NCBI GenBank assembly: GCA_963771175.1
Contig: CAVYSY010000030.1
Coordinates: forward strand, 128,001-192,000
Length of the DNA: 64,000 nucleotides
DNA from: an uncultured delta proteobacterium
GTDB lineage: Bacteria; Myxococcota; Myxococcia; Myxococcales; Myxococcaceae
Reading direction: 5' to 3'
The notes under the pieces were generated by a model. The model was given only the letters and a program-made list of their open reading frames with translations. It did no database searches and was not told where the DNA came from. Position 1 is the first letter of the stretch. Each line of letters begins with the position of its first letter. Shown one piece after another: positions 1 through 10,839 of this stretch. A program made the translations under genes and the position numbers.

Positions 1-281
1 AGCAGCTCACCGCCGCGTGGAAGTCGGCCTACGGCAACGAGCCCTTCATCCGCATCGTCAGCGGCGGCCGTCAGCCCGAGGTGGTGGGCGTGTCCGGCAG
101 CAACTACGTGGAGGTGGGCTTCACGCTCGGCCCCGTGACGGGCAACACCCGCCGCGTGGTGTGCTTCTCCGCGCTCGACAACCTGGTGAAGGGCGGCGCC
201 GGCCAGGCCATCCAGAGCTTCAACATCATGATGGGCTGGGACGAGCGCCTCACCCTCGCCGAGCCGGGGCTGTGGCCGTGA
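1..281 (+). CDS. argC: N-acetyl-gamma-glutamyl-phosphate reductase, C-terminal part (5' end outside window)
   Basis: Frame 3 reads ...YGNEPFIRIV...PEVVGVSGSNYVEVG...SALDNLVKGGAGQAIQSFNIMMG, the typical ArgC C-terminal motif; GTGA overlap with argB. Confidence 0.93.
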   Translation, partial: QLTAAWKSAYGNEPFIRIVSGGRQPEVVGVSGSNYVEVGFTLGPVTGNTRRVVCFSALDNLVKGGAGQAIQSFNIMMGWDERLTLAEPGLWP

Positions 282-1126
282 GCGGGCTCTCCGACTTCCG
301 CGGGCGCTGGTTCGTCGTGAAGATTGGCGGCGAGCTGGCCATGAACCGTCCCAAGCTGGCCGCCAGCGTGGGCGCCGCCGTGCGCGCCTTCCTCGACGCG
401 GGCATCCGCGTGGCCGTCGTCCACGGCGGCGGGCCCCAGGCCACCGAGATGCAGAAGCGGCTCGGCCTGCAGCCGAAGATGGTCGCCGGCCGGCGCTACA
501 CCGACGAGGCCACCCTCGAGGTGATGAAGATGACGCTCGCGGGCCAGGTGTCGGTGGACGTGGCCTCGGCCTTCCGCCTCGCCGGCGTGCCGGCCCTGTG
601 CACCACGGGCATGTCCGCCGGGCTCATCGACGCGACGCGACGGCCTCCCAAGGTGCTGAGCGGCGCGGGCCCGGACCCGGTGGACCTCGGGCTCGTGGGC
701 GATGTCTCGGGCGTGAACACCGAGGCCTTCCAGCGCATCTCGGACGCGGGCTTCGTGCCCGTGCTCGGCTCGCTCTCGGGCGACGCGCAGGGCAACGTCT
801 TCAACATCAACGCGGACACCGTGGCCACCCGCGTGGCCGCGAAGCTGGGGGCGGCCAAGCTGTTCCTGGTGTCCAACGTGCCCGGCGTGCTGGCCAACAA
901 GGACGACCCGTCCACCCGCCTGCCCACGCTCACCCCCGCCGAGGCGCGCGAGAAGATTGCCTCCGGCGTCATCCAGGGCGGCATGATTCCCAAGGTGGAT
1001 GAGAGCCTGGAGATGCTCGAGGAGGGCATCGAGGCCATCCACATCGTCGGCATCTCGCCCGACGACGCCGTGCTGCGCGAGGCCGAGAAGGCCGGCAGTC
1101 AGGGCACCGCGTTCCTGCGCGGGTAG
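278..1126 (+). CDS. argB: Acetylglutamate kinase
   Basis: VVKIGG, VVHGGGPQ, NINADTVA and IQGGMIPKV motifs; GTG start overlaps the argC stop. Confidence 0.95.
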   Translation: MSGLSDFRGRWFVVKIGGELAMNRPKLAASVGAAVRAFLDAGIRVAVVHGGGPQATEMQKRLGLQPKMVAGRRYTDEATLEVMKMTLAGQVSVDVASAFRLAGVPALCTTGMSAGLIDATRRPPKVLSGAGPDPVDLGLVGDVSGVNTEAFQRISDAGFVPVLGSLSGDAQGNVFNINADTVATRVAAKLGAAKLFLVSNVPGVLANKDDPSTRLPTLTPAEAREKIASGVIQGGMIPKVDESLEMLEEGIEAIHIVGISPDDAVLREAEKAGSQGTAFLRG

Positions 1127-1343
1127 TGGCTCGCGTGCGCCCTCGCCCCGTTGCCTGGGGGCGTGGGCGCACCGACACGGAGGCGGGAGTCAGTGCTCCG
1201 GGGTCTGGTTCCCCGTGCTGGCGCTCATCTCACTTTTCGTGTCTGTACCCTGCTGGACACCCAGCAAGGGCGGCCTTTGTTGGCTCGGGCGGGCGGGCCC
1301 AAGATGATCGCACTCCCCTGAAGGGGAGAAGGGGGAACTCCCG

Positions 1344-2886
1344 ATGGCCGAGGCACGAGCGCTCTTCGTAGGTGCCTGCACGAGCACGAGCGCGCGAATC
1401 ACCGTGGTGGCGGATGCGAATGTCCAGGTGGCGCACCTGGCCTGGTCGGAACAGGCGCAGGGTGGAGAGCAACTCACCACCATCGTGCTCCGGGATGCGC
1501 CTCCCTACCGGATGGGCACCTTCGAGCTCTCGGGGCTGACACCGGGGGCGACCGTCCGGTACGCCGTGGATTGCGCGCCGCTCGGGCTCCCGGCATCCAT
1601 GCCCTCGGCGCTCCTGGCCGAGGCGTCACGTCGGCACTCCTTCCGCCTGCTGCCCGCGGACACCGGCCGGCCGCTGCGCGTCGTCCTGCTGAGCTGCAAT
1701 GCCATCGAGCACTCGGACGAACGCTCCCGCTTCGACATGTGGAAGCGGCTGGCGGGCGCAGATCGACGCGGGGCGCGTGGACCTCCTCATCCACTGTGGG
1801 GACCAGATCTACGCCGACGACATCTGGCAATGGCACGAGAAGCATCACTCGGTGCCCTCCCTGGACGCGCTCACCGCCGAGTACCGGGAGGAGTACGTGC
1901 GCCTGTGGGGCGACAACCCGGACATCCGTGGGGTCCTCGCGAGCTGTCCCTCCGTGATGATGTGGGACGACCACGACATCTATGACGGCTTCGGTTCGAA
2001 CGATGACGATGACCAGCCGTCAGCGCGGCACTACTTGCAGGCGGCGGCGCAAGCCTTCCGAGACTTCCAGGGCGTCAACAACCCGCCGCTGGACCTGGCC
2101 TACCTGAAGCACCGGGATGGGACGCAGGTGTCGGCGAACGACTCCTTCTTCTCCTGCTTCCGCTCGCATGGCATCGGGTTCATCCTGTTGGATGGCCGCT
2201 CGAACCGGAACTACCTCCGCTCGACCATCCTGGGGGCCAACCAGTTCAAGGTCCTGGAGACGGTGCTCGAGGCCTGGAGGGCGGACAAGGCATTGCGCTG
2301 GCTCTATGTCATCGTGGGCGTCCCCCTCGTCCATGTGGAGGTGGCCGCGGCGCTCGCCGTCTCGGAGGCGATGGGGGACCCCGCCGGAATCAAGGACGAC
2401 CTGCGCGACAACTGGGTGTCGCCCAACAGCCGCGAGGAGTGCCGGCGGCTGCTGACGAGCCTGTTTGACTTCATGGTGCAACGTCCCGACATGGAGGTCA
2501 CCGTGCTGGGCGGGGATGTGCACGTGGGGACGGTGGGTCGCATCTGGAGCTCCATCCACGTCCTGCCCAATGGTCGCACCCCGGAGTTCTACCAGGTGAC
2601 CTCCTCGGGGATTGCCCACCCCGCGCCCGACGGGCTCAAGGCGATCGCCATCCGGAACGCGGCGAAGCCGGTGCGTCACAGCCTCGCGGGAGGGCAGCAG
2701 ATCCAGGGCGCGCTGATGCCCATCCCCGGCAACCCGGGGACGCGCATCCTCTGGAAGCGCAACTTCGCCCTGCTGAAGCTGGGGTCCGGGGAGGGCACGC
2801 GGTGGGACCCGAAGCGGATGCTGCGCGTCGAGTTCCACGCCGAGGGGTTCTCCCACCCGCTGGAGATGGAGCTGGTGAACCTCTGA
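1344..2886 (+). CDS. PhoD-like alkaline phosphatase/metallophosphoesterase (frameshift at ~1755)
   Basis: LSCN, HCGDQIYAD, MMWDDHDIYDGFGS, LLDGR and GGDVHVG motifs split over ORFs 1344 and 1699; one extra G in ctggcgggcgcag joins them. Confidence 0.85.
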
Positions 2887-3048
2887 GAGGGCGAGCGTCC
2901 AGGGCCTCGCTCGGCTCGGACCGCGATAGGCATGGGGCTTCCCGAGAGTCACCGTGGAGGCTTGTCCATCGGCTCCGGATTACACAGGGGAGGTGGCGGC
3001 GACCCGCGCCTATGCTAGTGAACGCACCCTCACCGGGAGGACAGTTCC

Positions 3049-3771
3049 GTGGGACGCATTTTCGAGACCCGTAAGACGACGATGATGGCCCGCTGGAACA
3101 AGATGGCCAAGCTGTTCACGCGGATCAGCAAGGACATCGCCATCGCCGTCAAGGCGGGGGGCCCCAACCCAGACACCAACCCCACGCTCCGCCGCGTGCT
3201 CCAGAACGCGCGCGCGGGCAACATGCCGAAGGACAAGGTCGAGGCCGCCATCAAGCGCGCCAGCGGCCAGGAGCAGCAGGACTACGAGGTCGTCCTCTAC
3301 GAGGGGTACGGGCCGCACGGCATCGCGCTGCTCGTGGAGACCGCGACCGACAACGTGGTCCGCACCGTCGCCAACGTCCGGATGCACTTCAAGGACTACG
3401 GCGGCAACCTCGGGACGACCGGCAGCGTCGGTTTCCTCTTCCAGCGCATGGGTGTCTTCCGGCTCGCGCCCGAGGGGTTGGAGCTCGAAGCGCTCGAGCT
3501 GGAGCTCATCGACCACGGGCTGCAGGAGATGGGCGAGTCCACCAACGAGAAGGGCGAGAAGCAGATCGTCATCCGTTGCGCCTTCAACGACTTCGGGCAG
3601 CTTCAGGCCGCCATCGAGGCCCGCGGCCTCACGCCCCTGTCCGCCGAGTCCGAGTACATCGCGCAGACCCCCGTCGAGCTGCCGGAGGACAAGGCCAACG
3701 AGGTCCTCGAGCTGGTGGATGCGCTCGAGCAGGACGAGGACGTGCAGCGGGTGTTCCACAATCTGGCGTGA
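3049..3771 (+). CDS. yebC: YebC/PmpR family protein
   Basis: [41 protein letters not shown] and DVQRVFHN motifs; GGAGG RBS. Confidence 0.95.
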   Translation: MGRIFETRKTTMMARWNKMAKLFTRISKDIAIAVKAGGPNPDTNPTLRRVLQNARAGNMPKDKVEAAIKRASGQEQQDYEVVLYEGYGPHGIALLVETATDNVVRTVANVRMHFKDYGGNLGTTGSVGFLFQRMGVFRLAPEGLELEALELELIDHGLQEMGESTNEKGEKQIVIRCAFNDFGQLQAAIEARGLTPLSAESEYIAQTPVELPEDKANEVLELVDALEQDEDVQRVFHNLA

Positions 3772-3937
3772 GGTTCCTCCGCCCGTGGGTCCCCTCCTGC
3801 GCCCGTGCCTCGATGTGCAGTAGTCTGCACGCGGGGCGCGGGCGTGGTGCGTTGGGCCGGTGGCACCCCAAGAGCCAAGTTCTTCATTTGCCTGGGTTTC
3901 GTGCCCGGCACGGTCGTTGTAGGGGATGTGACCCACC

Positions 3938-6900
3938 ATGTATTGCCCGTCCTGCCGGCAGGAGCGCCTCGGAGGCCAGCGGTGTGCCGCGTGCGGCGAG
4001 CCGATGACCGCTCGCCCTCGTGCGGCCATCGAGCAAGAGCTTCGCCCACGTCCACTTCCTCCTCGATGAGCTGAAGCACTGGGATATCTCCTATGTGCCC
4101 AAGGGGGCTCGCAGCTACCTCGTGCAACGGTACGAGCGGCAAGCGCGGATCCTCCTCTCCTCCCTCGCCGAGCTGTCGGCGGTGGGCGAGCCTTCGGTGG
4201 CCGAGGCCGCGAACGTCGTGCCGGCGGAGGCGGCGGTGCCGCCCGCCGTCGTCTTCGAGGTCGCGGGGGAGGCCCAGCCGTCGCAGACCGTCGAGGCTCT
4301 CGCACCCGAGGGTTCGGGTGAGGTTCCAGGGGCCAAGGAGGCGGTTGAGCCCGAGGCCAAGGAGTCGGTTCATCCGGAGACCACGGAATCCGTTCAGGCC
4401 GAGCCCCAGGATTCTGGAGTGCGGGACGAAGAGGAGGCTCCGCTTCCGCTTCCTCCCGTCACCACCGAGCCGATCTTCGATGCGCCTCCCGTGCGCACCG
4501 CCACCGCGCGCTTCGTCGAGGAGGTCTCCACCTGGGACACCGTCTGGCGCCCCTTCCTCTACGAGAGCATCGGCTGGTTCATCGGTGCCTTCCTCATCGT
4601 CGCCGGCTCGCTCTACCTCGCCTTCGATAGCTGGGCCGGGCTCACCTCCGTCACGCGCTCGCTCGTCGTCTTCGGGATGACCGCGGGCTACTCCGCCGCC
4701 TTCTCCATCTGTGGCTCCCTGCTCGCCCGCCGCGAGGCCCTCGCCGGTGCTGGTCGCATCCTCGGGCTCATCGGCGCCGCCGTGGCCCCGCTCGCGGGTG
4801 TCGCGCTCGGGCCGCTCGACAGCCTCAGCCTCGATGGCGTGCCGCTCGCGCTCCTCCTCCCGCTGCTCCTGGGCTGGGCCGTGGGCGCCGCCGTGCTCGT
4901 CCGCAAGCCCGCCGAATCCTTCGACGGCCCCTCCCGGCCCTACGTCCAGCTCGCCCTGCTCGGCACCACGTTGATGATGGGGCTGGCGTCGCTCTTCGCC
5001 CGGCTCGGCGCGCCCGCGTTCTGGCTCGATGCGCTGCCGTGCGCCCTCTTCTTCGTCCTCTCGCGCAAGCCCGTCTCCGAGCCTCGGAGCAACAAGGCGC
5101 TGGCCTTCGCCCTGGCCGCGTCCCTCTACCTGTTGCTGCTCTACCTGGTGCGGCTGCACCTGGCCCTCTCCGTCGCCGGGGTGCCCCCCGCGTTCGGCAG
5201 CTACGCCCCGTTCCTCGCCTTCCTGCTCGCCACCTGTCTCGGCTTCCGCCAACTCGAGCCCGAGGCGGCCGCGGATCCGCTCTCGGTGGGCGTCGCCGCG
5301 CTCCAGGTGGGCTGCCTCGTGCTCGCGGGCACGGGCGCGCCCCCGGCCCTCTTCCTCACGGCGGCCACCTTCACCTGGACCACGTTCGGGCTCTCCCGCG
5401 GCGAGCTGCCCCGGGTTCGCTGGCTGTACCCCGCCTATGCCGGCGCGTACTTCGCCTATGCCTCCGTCAGCCAGCTCGTCCCCGGGGCCGTGCGCTCCCT
5501 GCTCGACGCGCTCAAGGCCGCGCTCGGCTACCCCGTGTCCGACAAGCTCCCGTTCCACTACGGGGCGCTCTCGGCCGTGCCCTTCGTCATCGCTGGAGTG
5601 GTGCTCGCCGGGTGGTTGCGCTCCCGCGCCGAGCGGACTCCCTCGGCGCGGGACGTGGCGTCCGCCGAGGTGCTCCTGCGCTCCACCGCCGTCGCCAGCC
5701 CGTTCTTCGTCCTGCTCGGGCACATGGGCGCCGACCAGCGCCCGGCCTTCTGGACCGCGCTCGCCCTCATGGTCGTGTGCGTGAGCAGCGGGCTGCTCTT
5801 CGAGCGGCTCTACCTGTCCATCGTCGGCGCCGTCCTCTCCTTCTTCCTCACGCTCTCCTCCGTCATCCTCTTCGGGCCCGCGAGTGCCTCCCTGGTGTGC
5901 GGTGGGGTGGCGCTGGGCTTCGCCGCGTTGTCGCTCGTCTGCACCCGCAGCACGCGCATCACCTTCAGCATCGCGGTGGGGTGGCTCGCCTTCGTCGGCT
6001 TCGCGTACGGCCTCGGCGCGGGGCCGCGTGCGTCGGCCCTGGTGGGCCTCATGCTCTGCGGCGCCGCCGCGCTCCTCGTGGCGTGGAACCTCGCCAATCC
6101 CTACCTGCTCGCCACCGCGGCCTTCGCCGCCGCCGCCGTGGTGCCCAAGCTCGCCAGCCTCGTCGAACCGTCGCTGGTGCCCCTGGCGCTCGCCCTCACG
6201 GCATTGGGGCTCGCCGCCCTCGGTGAGCTCGGTGGCCGGGCGCGAGTGCTCGGCTGGCCGGGCATCGCGTATGCCCTCCTGGCGTTCCTCTGGGGCCTGT
6301 CCATCCAGCTCCCCTGGTTCGGCGTCATCGTGCTCCTGGGCGCGGCGGCCGTGGCCGTGGCCTCGCGCACCACGCCCCAGGTGCGCCCGCTCGCGGTCAT
6401 CCTCGCTGGTTTCGCGCTCCTGCCTCGTGTGGGGGCCTTCTCCGTCTGGCCGTGGATGACGCCGGCCCTGTCCGTGGCCTGCTTCGTCCTCTGGGCCCTG
6501 GGCGCCTCGGTGACGGCCGCGCGCTGGGGCCGCAGCGCGAGCACCTTCACCGCGGGCCTCATCGCGCTCCTCTATCCCCTGGTGGCCGTCGGCGCGGCGC
6601 ATGGGGAGCAGCCGTACCCGCTGCTGCTCGGCGCGGCGCTCGCGGCCCTCCTCACCGCGCGCGCGCTGCACCCGTCCGTCAGCATCGTCGCCGCCACCCT
6701 GCTGGCCAGCGTGGACATCCTCCAGCAGGGCCCCCTGGAGCAGCTCGCCCTGGCCACGCTCCTGAGTGTCCTCGCCCTCCTCGAGCTGTCCCGCACGGCC
6801 TTCCGGCTCCTCGCCGGGGAGCGTCGCTTCGCGCTCGTGGCGAGCCTCTGTGCCCTCTGCCTCCTGGGCTTCGCGTGCCTGAAGGCCCGTGGGCCGGAGT

Positions 6901-9374
6901 CCCAGGTGGTGCTCGCCGGGGCGGTGCTGCTGCCCCTGCTGTGGACGCGCGCCAACCGCTTCCCGTTCTTCGCGGCCCTCGCGCCGCTGTTCGTGCTCTG
7001 CGTCGTCCTCGTCTCGCGAGAGCCCATGCCCTGGGCGAGCCTGTTGCCGCTGCTCGCGCTCGGGGTGGTGCGTGCCGTGGAGCACCTGCCGGCCGCGCGC
7101 TTCCTCCTGCTGGGGAAGAGCGACGAGGCGTCGGCGCGCGAGCTCTCCATGTGGATGCAGGGCTCGCTGATGATGGCGGGCGTGGTGCTGGTGCCCGAGA
7201 CCCACGCCGAGCCGGGGGTGATGGGGAGCCTCGCGGCCTCCCTCGTGCTGCTGCCCGGGCCGAAGCCCTCGGTGCGCGTGGGGCTCGGGGTGGGCCTGCT
7301 GCTCTTCTGCTTCCCGCTCCACCCGGCGGGAATGGTGGTGTTGCTGGCGCTCGGCCTCCTCACGCACCACCGGCCCGGGGCGTTGTGGGCCTTCTTCCGC
7401 ACGCCCGCGGACACGGCGCTGCGGCCCACCACGGTGGTGGGGGCGCTCGCGCTCAGCGGGTGCTCCATCCTCCTGCAAGCGCCCACGCCCGGGGCCATCT
7501 CCCTGCTGGCCGGCGTGCTGCTGGTGGGGGCCTTCCTCCTCTCACGGCGCGAGCTGCTCACCGCCGCGGTGCTCGTCTTCGCCAGTGCCTCGCTGGGCAA
7601 GACGGCCGAGCACGGCTTCCTCGAGTGGCGGCTGGAGTCGGCGCTGACCTTCGCCGGGGTGGCGCTCGGTGCGGCGCTGCTGTCGGCGCTGTGCCAGCAT
7701 GGCGGCATCCAGCGCGCCCTCATCCGGCTGACGGCGCGCCTGTCGCCGGGCATCTCCGAGACATGGAGCGAGCCGCTCTGGGCGGCCGGTGCCATCGCCA
7801 CGGGGGTGCCCGTGGTGGTTCACCTGATGGACCGGGGTCCGGGCGCGTTGCCCCTGTCGGTGGCGCTCCTCGCGGGACTGGCCTCGCTGGTGCTGATGGT
7901 GACGCGTGAGCGGTGGATGGCCAATGTGGCCACCGCGCTGCTGGGCGCGGCGCTCGTCGCGGCGGTGCCTCCGCTGTGGACGCCCGCGGTGCTGAGCGGC
8001 ACGGGGCTGGTGCTGTGCCTGGTGGGCACGTGGCTGGACGAGCGCGACGTCGACGTGGGCGCGGCGCTGCACCACGCGGGCTGGATGCTGTCACTCCTCT
8101 CCGTCTTCGGGCTGAGGGACTTGAAGCACCCGGGCACGGGGGCTTGCCTTCTCTTCGGAATGACTTCCGCCTGGGCGGTGGTGTACCGGCGTCCCGAGCG
8201 CGCGGTGGTGGGCTGGGTGGCCACGCTGGTGGGGATGCACGGGCTGCTCGCGCACGTGGCGTCTCTGTTCTCCACGGGCAGGGGGGTGGAGTTCATCCTC
8301 CCGCTCTTCGGGGCCCTCAGCGCGCTGCTGGCCACGGCGGCCCTGTTCCTCGCCAGCGAGCGGGTGCGCCGGGGCGTGGGGCACTCCTTCGCGGTGGTGG
8401 CCCTGGTGGAGGTGTTCCTCGGGCTGGTGCTGGTGCCCGGAGCGGCCGGCGTGGTGGTCTCGGCGCTCGTCGACTGCGTGTGTCTGGCGGTGCTCTTCTT
8501 CGCCCTGGTGCGCCGCGCCGTGCGCGAGCGGGACGAGGGCTCCGCCTTCCTCGCGCAGTGGACGCTGGTGCTCGGCTACCTGACGGTGCGGCTGCATGCG
8601 CTGGCCTCGGGGCTGGGCACGACGGACAGTCTCGCGGCCCTGGTGGGCGGCGCGCTCTTCTCCGGCCTCTACGTCTTCGCGCACCGCGAGGGCTCGGGGC
8701 TGCCCGCCTTCCGCCGGCCCGCGCTGTGGGGTGCCTTCCTCTTCCCCCTGGCGGGTCTGCTCACCGCGCCGTGGCACAATCCGCTCCACGTGGCGGCCCT
8801 GCTGGTGGGCTACGCCGCCCACTTCGCCGCGCTGGCCGCGCACCCCTCGCAGCGCGGCATGGCCTCCCTGGTCTCGGCGGGCGCCTTCAACACGGCGCTC
8901 TTCTTCGTGTGGGCGGGCACCGGCGCCGGGGAGCCGCAGTACTACGTCATCCCCGTGGGCCTCTCGCTGCTCGTGCTGCTGCGCGTCTTCCACGAGGCGC
9001 TCTCTCCGGACGCACGGGCGAAGCTGCGCGCGCTGGCCATCACCATCGTCTACGTGGCCGGGGCCTGGAAGCCGCTCATGTTCCAGGACGGCGGGGCCAT
9101 GCTGCTGTGCGTCTTCCTGTGCGTGGTGGGCGTGGCGGCCGGCGTGGCGCTGCGCATCCGCTCCTACGTGTACCTGGGCAGCGCCTTCCTGGTGACGTGT
9201 GTCATCGCCAACCTGGCGCGCTTCGGCATCCGGGACCATCGCATGGGCGCCGCCTTCCTCTCGCTGCTCGGCGTGGGCGTGGTGGGCTTCATGGTGCTCT
9301 TCACCGCCAAGCGCGCGGAGTTGCAGGAGCGCTACGCGCGGGTGCGCGCGATGATGTCCACCTGGGAGGGGTGA
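3938..9374 (+). CDS. Very large polytopic membrane protein with N-terminal Zn-ribbon (frameshift at ~4041)
   Basis: ATG 3938 gives MYCPSCRQERLGGQRCAACGEP...IEQEL, which joins the 4020 ORF (AHVHFLLDEL) if one T is removed from gagcttcgcc; acidic/Pro linker then dozens of hydrophobic helices. Confidence 0.8.
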
Positions 9375-9375
9375 G

Positions 9376-10677
9376 TCACGGCCGGGGCGCCTCGCCGTCG
9401 GGGGCCTCCAGCAGGGGAATCGTCACGGTGAAGCGGGCGCCCTGTCCGGGCTCGCTCGCCACCGAGACGGTTCCGCCGTGCCCCGCGACAATCTCCCGGA
9501 GGATGTAGAGCCCGAGCCCGAAGCCGCCGTAGTGGCGCATCGAGGCGGCGCGCTCGAAGGGCCCGAAGATGCGCTGCTGGTCCTCCGGCGAGATGCCGAT
9601 GCCCTCATCCCCCACGCTCAGGAGCGCGCGGCCCTGCTCGGCCCGGCAGCGGAGGTGGATGGGGCGGCCCGCCCCGTACTTCATCGCGTTGGACAGCAGA
9701 TTCTCCAGCACCTGCTCCAGCCGCAGCTTATCCCCCAGCACCGGGAGGGGTCCCTCCACCTCCGCGTCGAGGGAGCACCCCGCCTGGGCGAGCACCTCGC
9801 GCGAGCGCTCCAACACCTCGCGCACCAGCTCCGTCAGGTCGCATGGCGCCAGCTCGAGCTGCAGCTCGCCCCGCGTCAGCCGCGACAGGTCCAGCATGCT
9901 CTCCACCAGCCGGGAGAGGCGCACCACCTGCCGCTCGGCCACCATCAGCCGGGCCAGCACCTCCCCGGTGGAGGGGTGCCCGCCGTGCACCATCCGGATG
10001 GCATGCTGCACCCCCAGCCGCAGCGGCGTGAGGGGCGTGCGCAGCTCGTGCGCGGCGATGGCCAGGAACTCGTCCCGGGCGCGCACCGCCTCCTGCGACT
10101 CGCGCAACAGCCGCGCCCGCTCCGCCTCGGCCTTCCGGCGCTCGGTGATGTCCACGAAGGTGACCACCGCCCCCATCCGCTCGGAGCCCCGCCACACCGG
10201 GTAGGACCAGAGCTCCACCGGGAAGCCCGTGCCGTCCGCGCGCCACAGCCACTCGTTGTCGCTGTGGAAGCCGTCCCGCCTGGTGGCTTCGTAGACGGCG
10301 CACTCCGACCGGGGGTAGGGCGTCCCGTCCGGGTGGCTGTAGTGGATGGTCTCGTGCATGGGGCGCCCGAGGAGCGCCGAGGCCTCCGGGTAGCCCAGCA
10401 GCCGCGCGCAGGTGCGGTTGGCGAAGGTGCACCGCCCCTCCCGGTCGAGGCCGTAGATGGCCTCGCCGGTGGAGTCGAGCAGCAGCCGGAAGCGCTCCTC
10501 GCTCTGACGGAGCTGCTCCTCGGCGCGCAGGAGGGGGGGCCCCGACTCCCTCGTCCGTCCCCGGGTCGGGCCACGCCGGGCGAGCCAGACTCCCGCGGCG
10601 CCACCGAGCGCACCCGCCAACAGGCCGATGACGAGGGAATTCACGCTCCCCACGCTAGTGCCCTCCCTCGCTCCCAT
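9376..10677 (-). CDS. PAS-domain sensor histidine kinase with N-terminal TM helix
   Basis: PAS (GEAIYGLDREGRCTFAN...DITERR), H-box AHELRTPL, NLLSNAMKY, DEGIGI, GFGLGL; start uncertain. Confidence 0.92.
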   Translation of the reverse strand: MGAREGTSVGSVNSLVIGLLAGALGGAAGVWLARRGPTRGRTRESGPPLLRAEEQLRQSEERFRLLLDSTGEAIYGLDREGRCTFANRTCARLLGYPEASALLGRPMHETIHYSHPDGTPYPRSECAVYEATRRDGFHSDNEWLWRADGTGFPVELWSYPVWRGSERMGAVVTFVDITERRKAEAERARLLRESQEAVRARDEFLAIAAHELRTPLTPLRLGVQHAIRMVHGGHPSTGEVLARLMVAERQVVRLSRLVESMLDLSRLTRGELQLELAPCDLTELVREVLERSREVLAQAGCSLDAEVEGPLPVLGDKLRLEQVLENLLSNAMKYGAGRPIHLRCRAEQGRALLSVGDEGIGISPEDQQRIFGPFERAASMRHYGGFGLGLYILREIVAGHGGTVSVASEPGQGARFTVTIPLLEAPDGEAPRP

Positions 10678-10839
10678 GAAGAGAAACCTCCCGGCTGCTG
10701 GCAATCGTCCAGTAGTCTTGGACGGTGCGGGAGCTTGGGCGTCCAACGGAGAACACCCCCGGTGACGCCTCCCTGGCGCTTCGCGTCATCCCGGTATGTT
10801 CGCGAGCGCTGGGCGTTGTGCCAGTACGAAGGGAGAACC

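Noticed and set aside
3603..7478. Long antisense ORFs (also 24153-28445, 30214-33282, 60434-62491 and others)
   Set aside because: Shadow ORFs caused by high-GC codon bias opposite well-supported genes; no domain motifs.
9478..10839. N-terminal extension of the 986-aa kinase ORF
   Set aside because: Antisense shadow of the minus-strand kinase; an RBS and ATG at 10840 give the plausible start.
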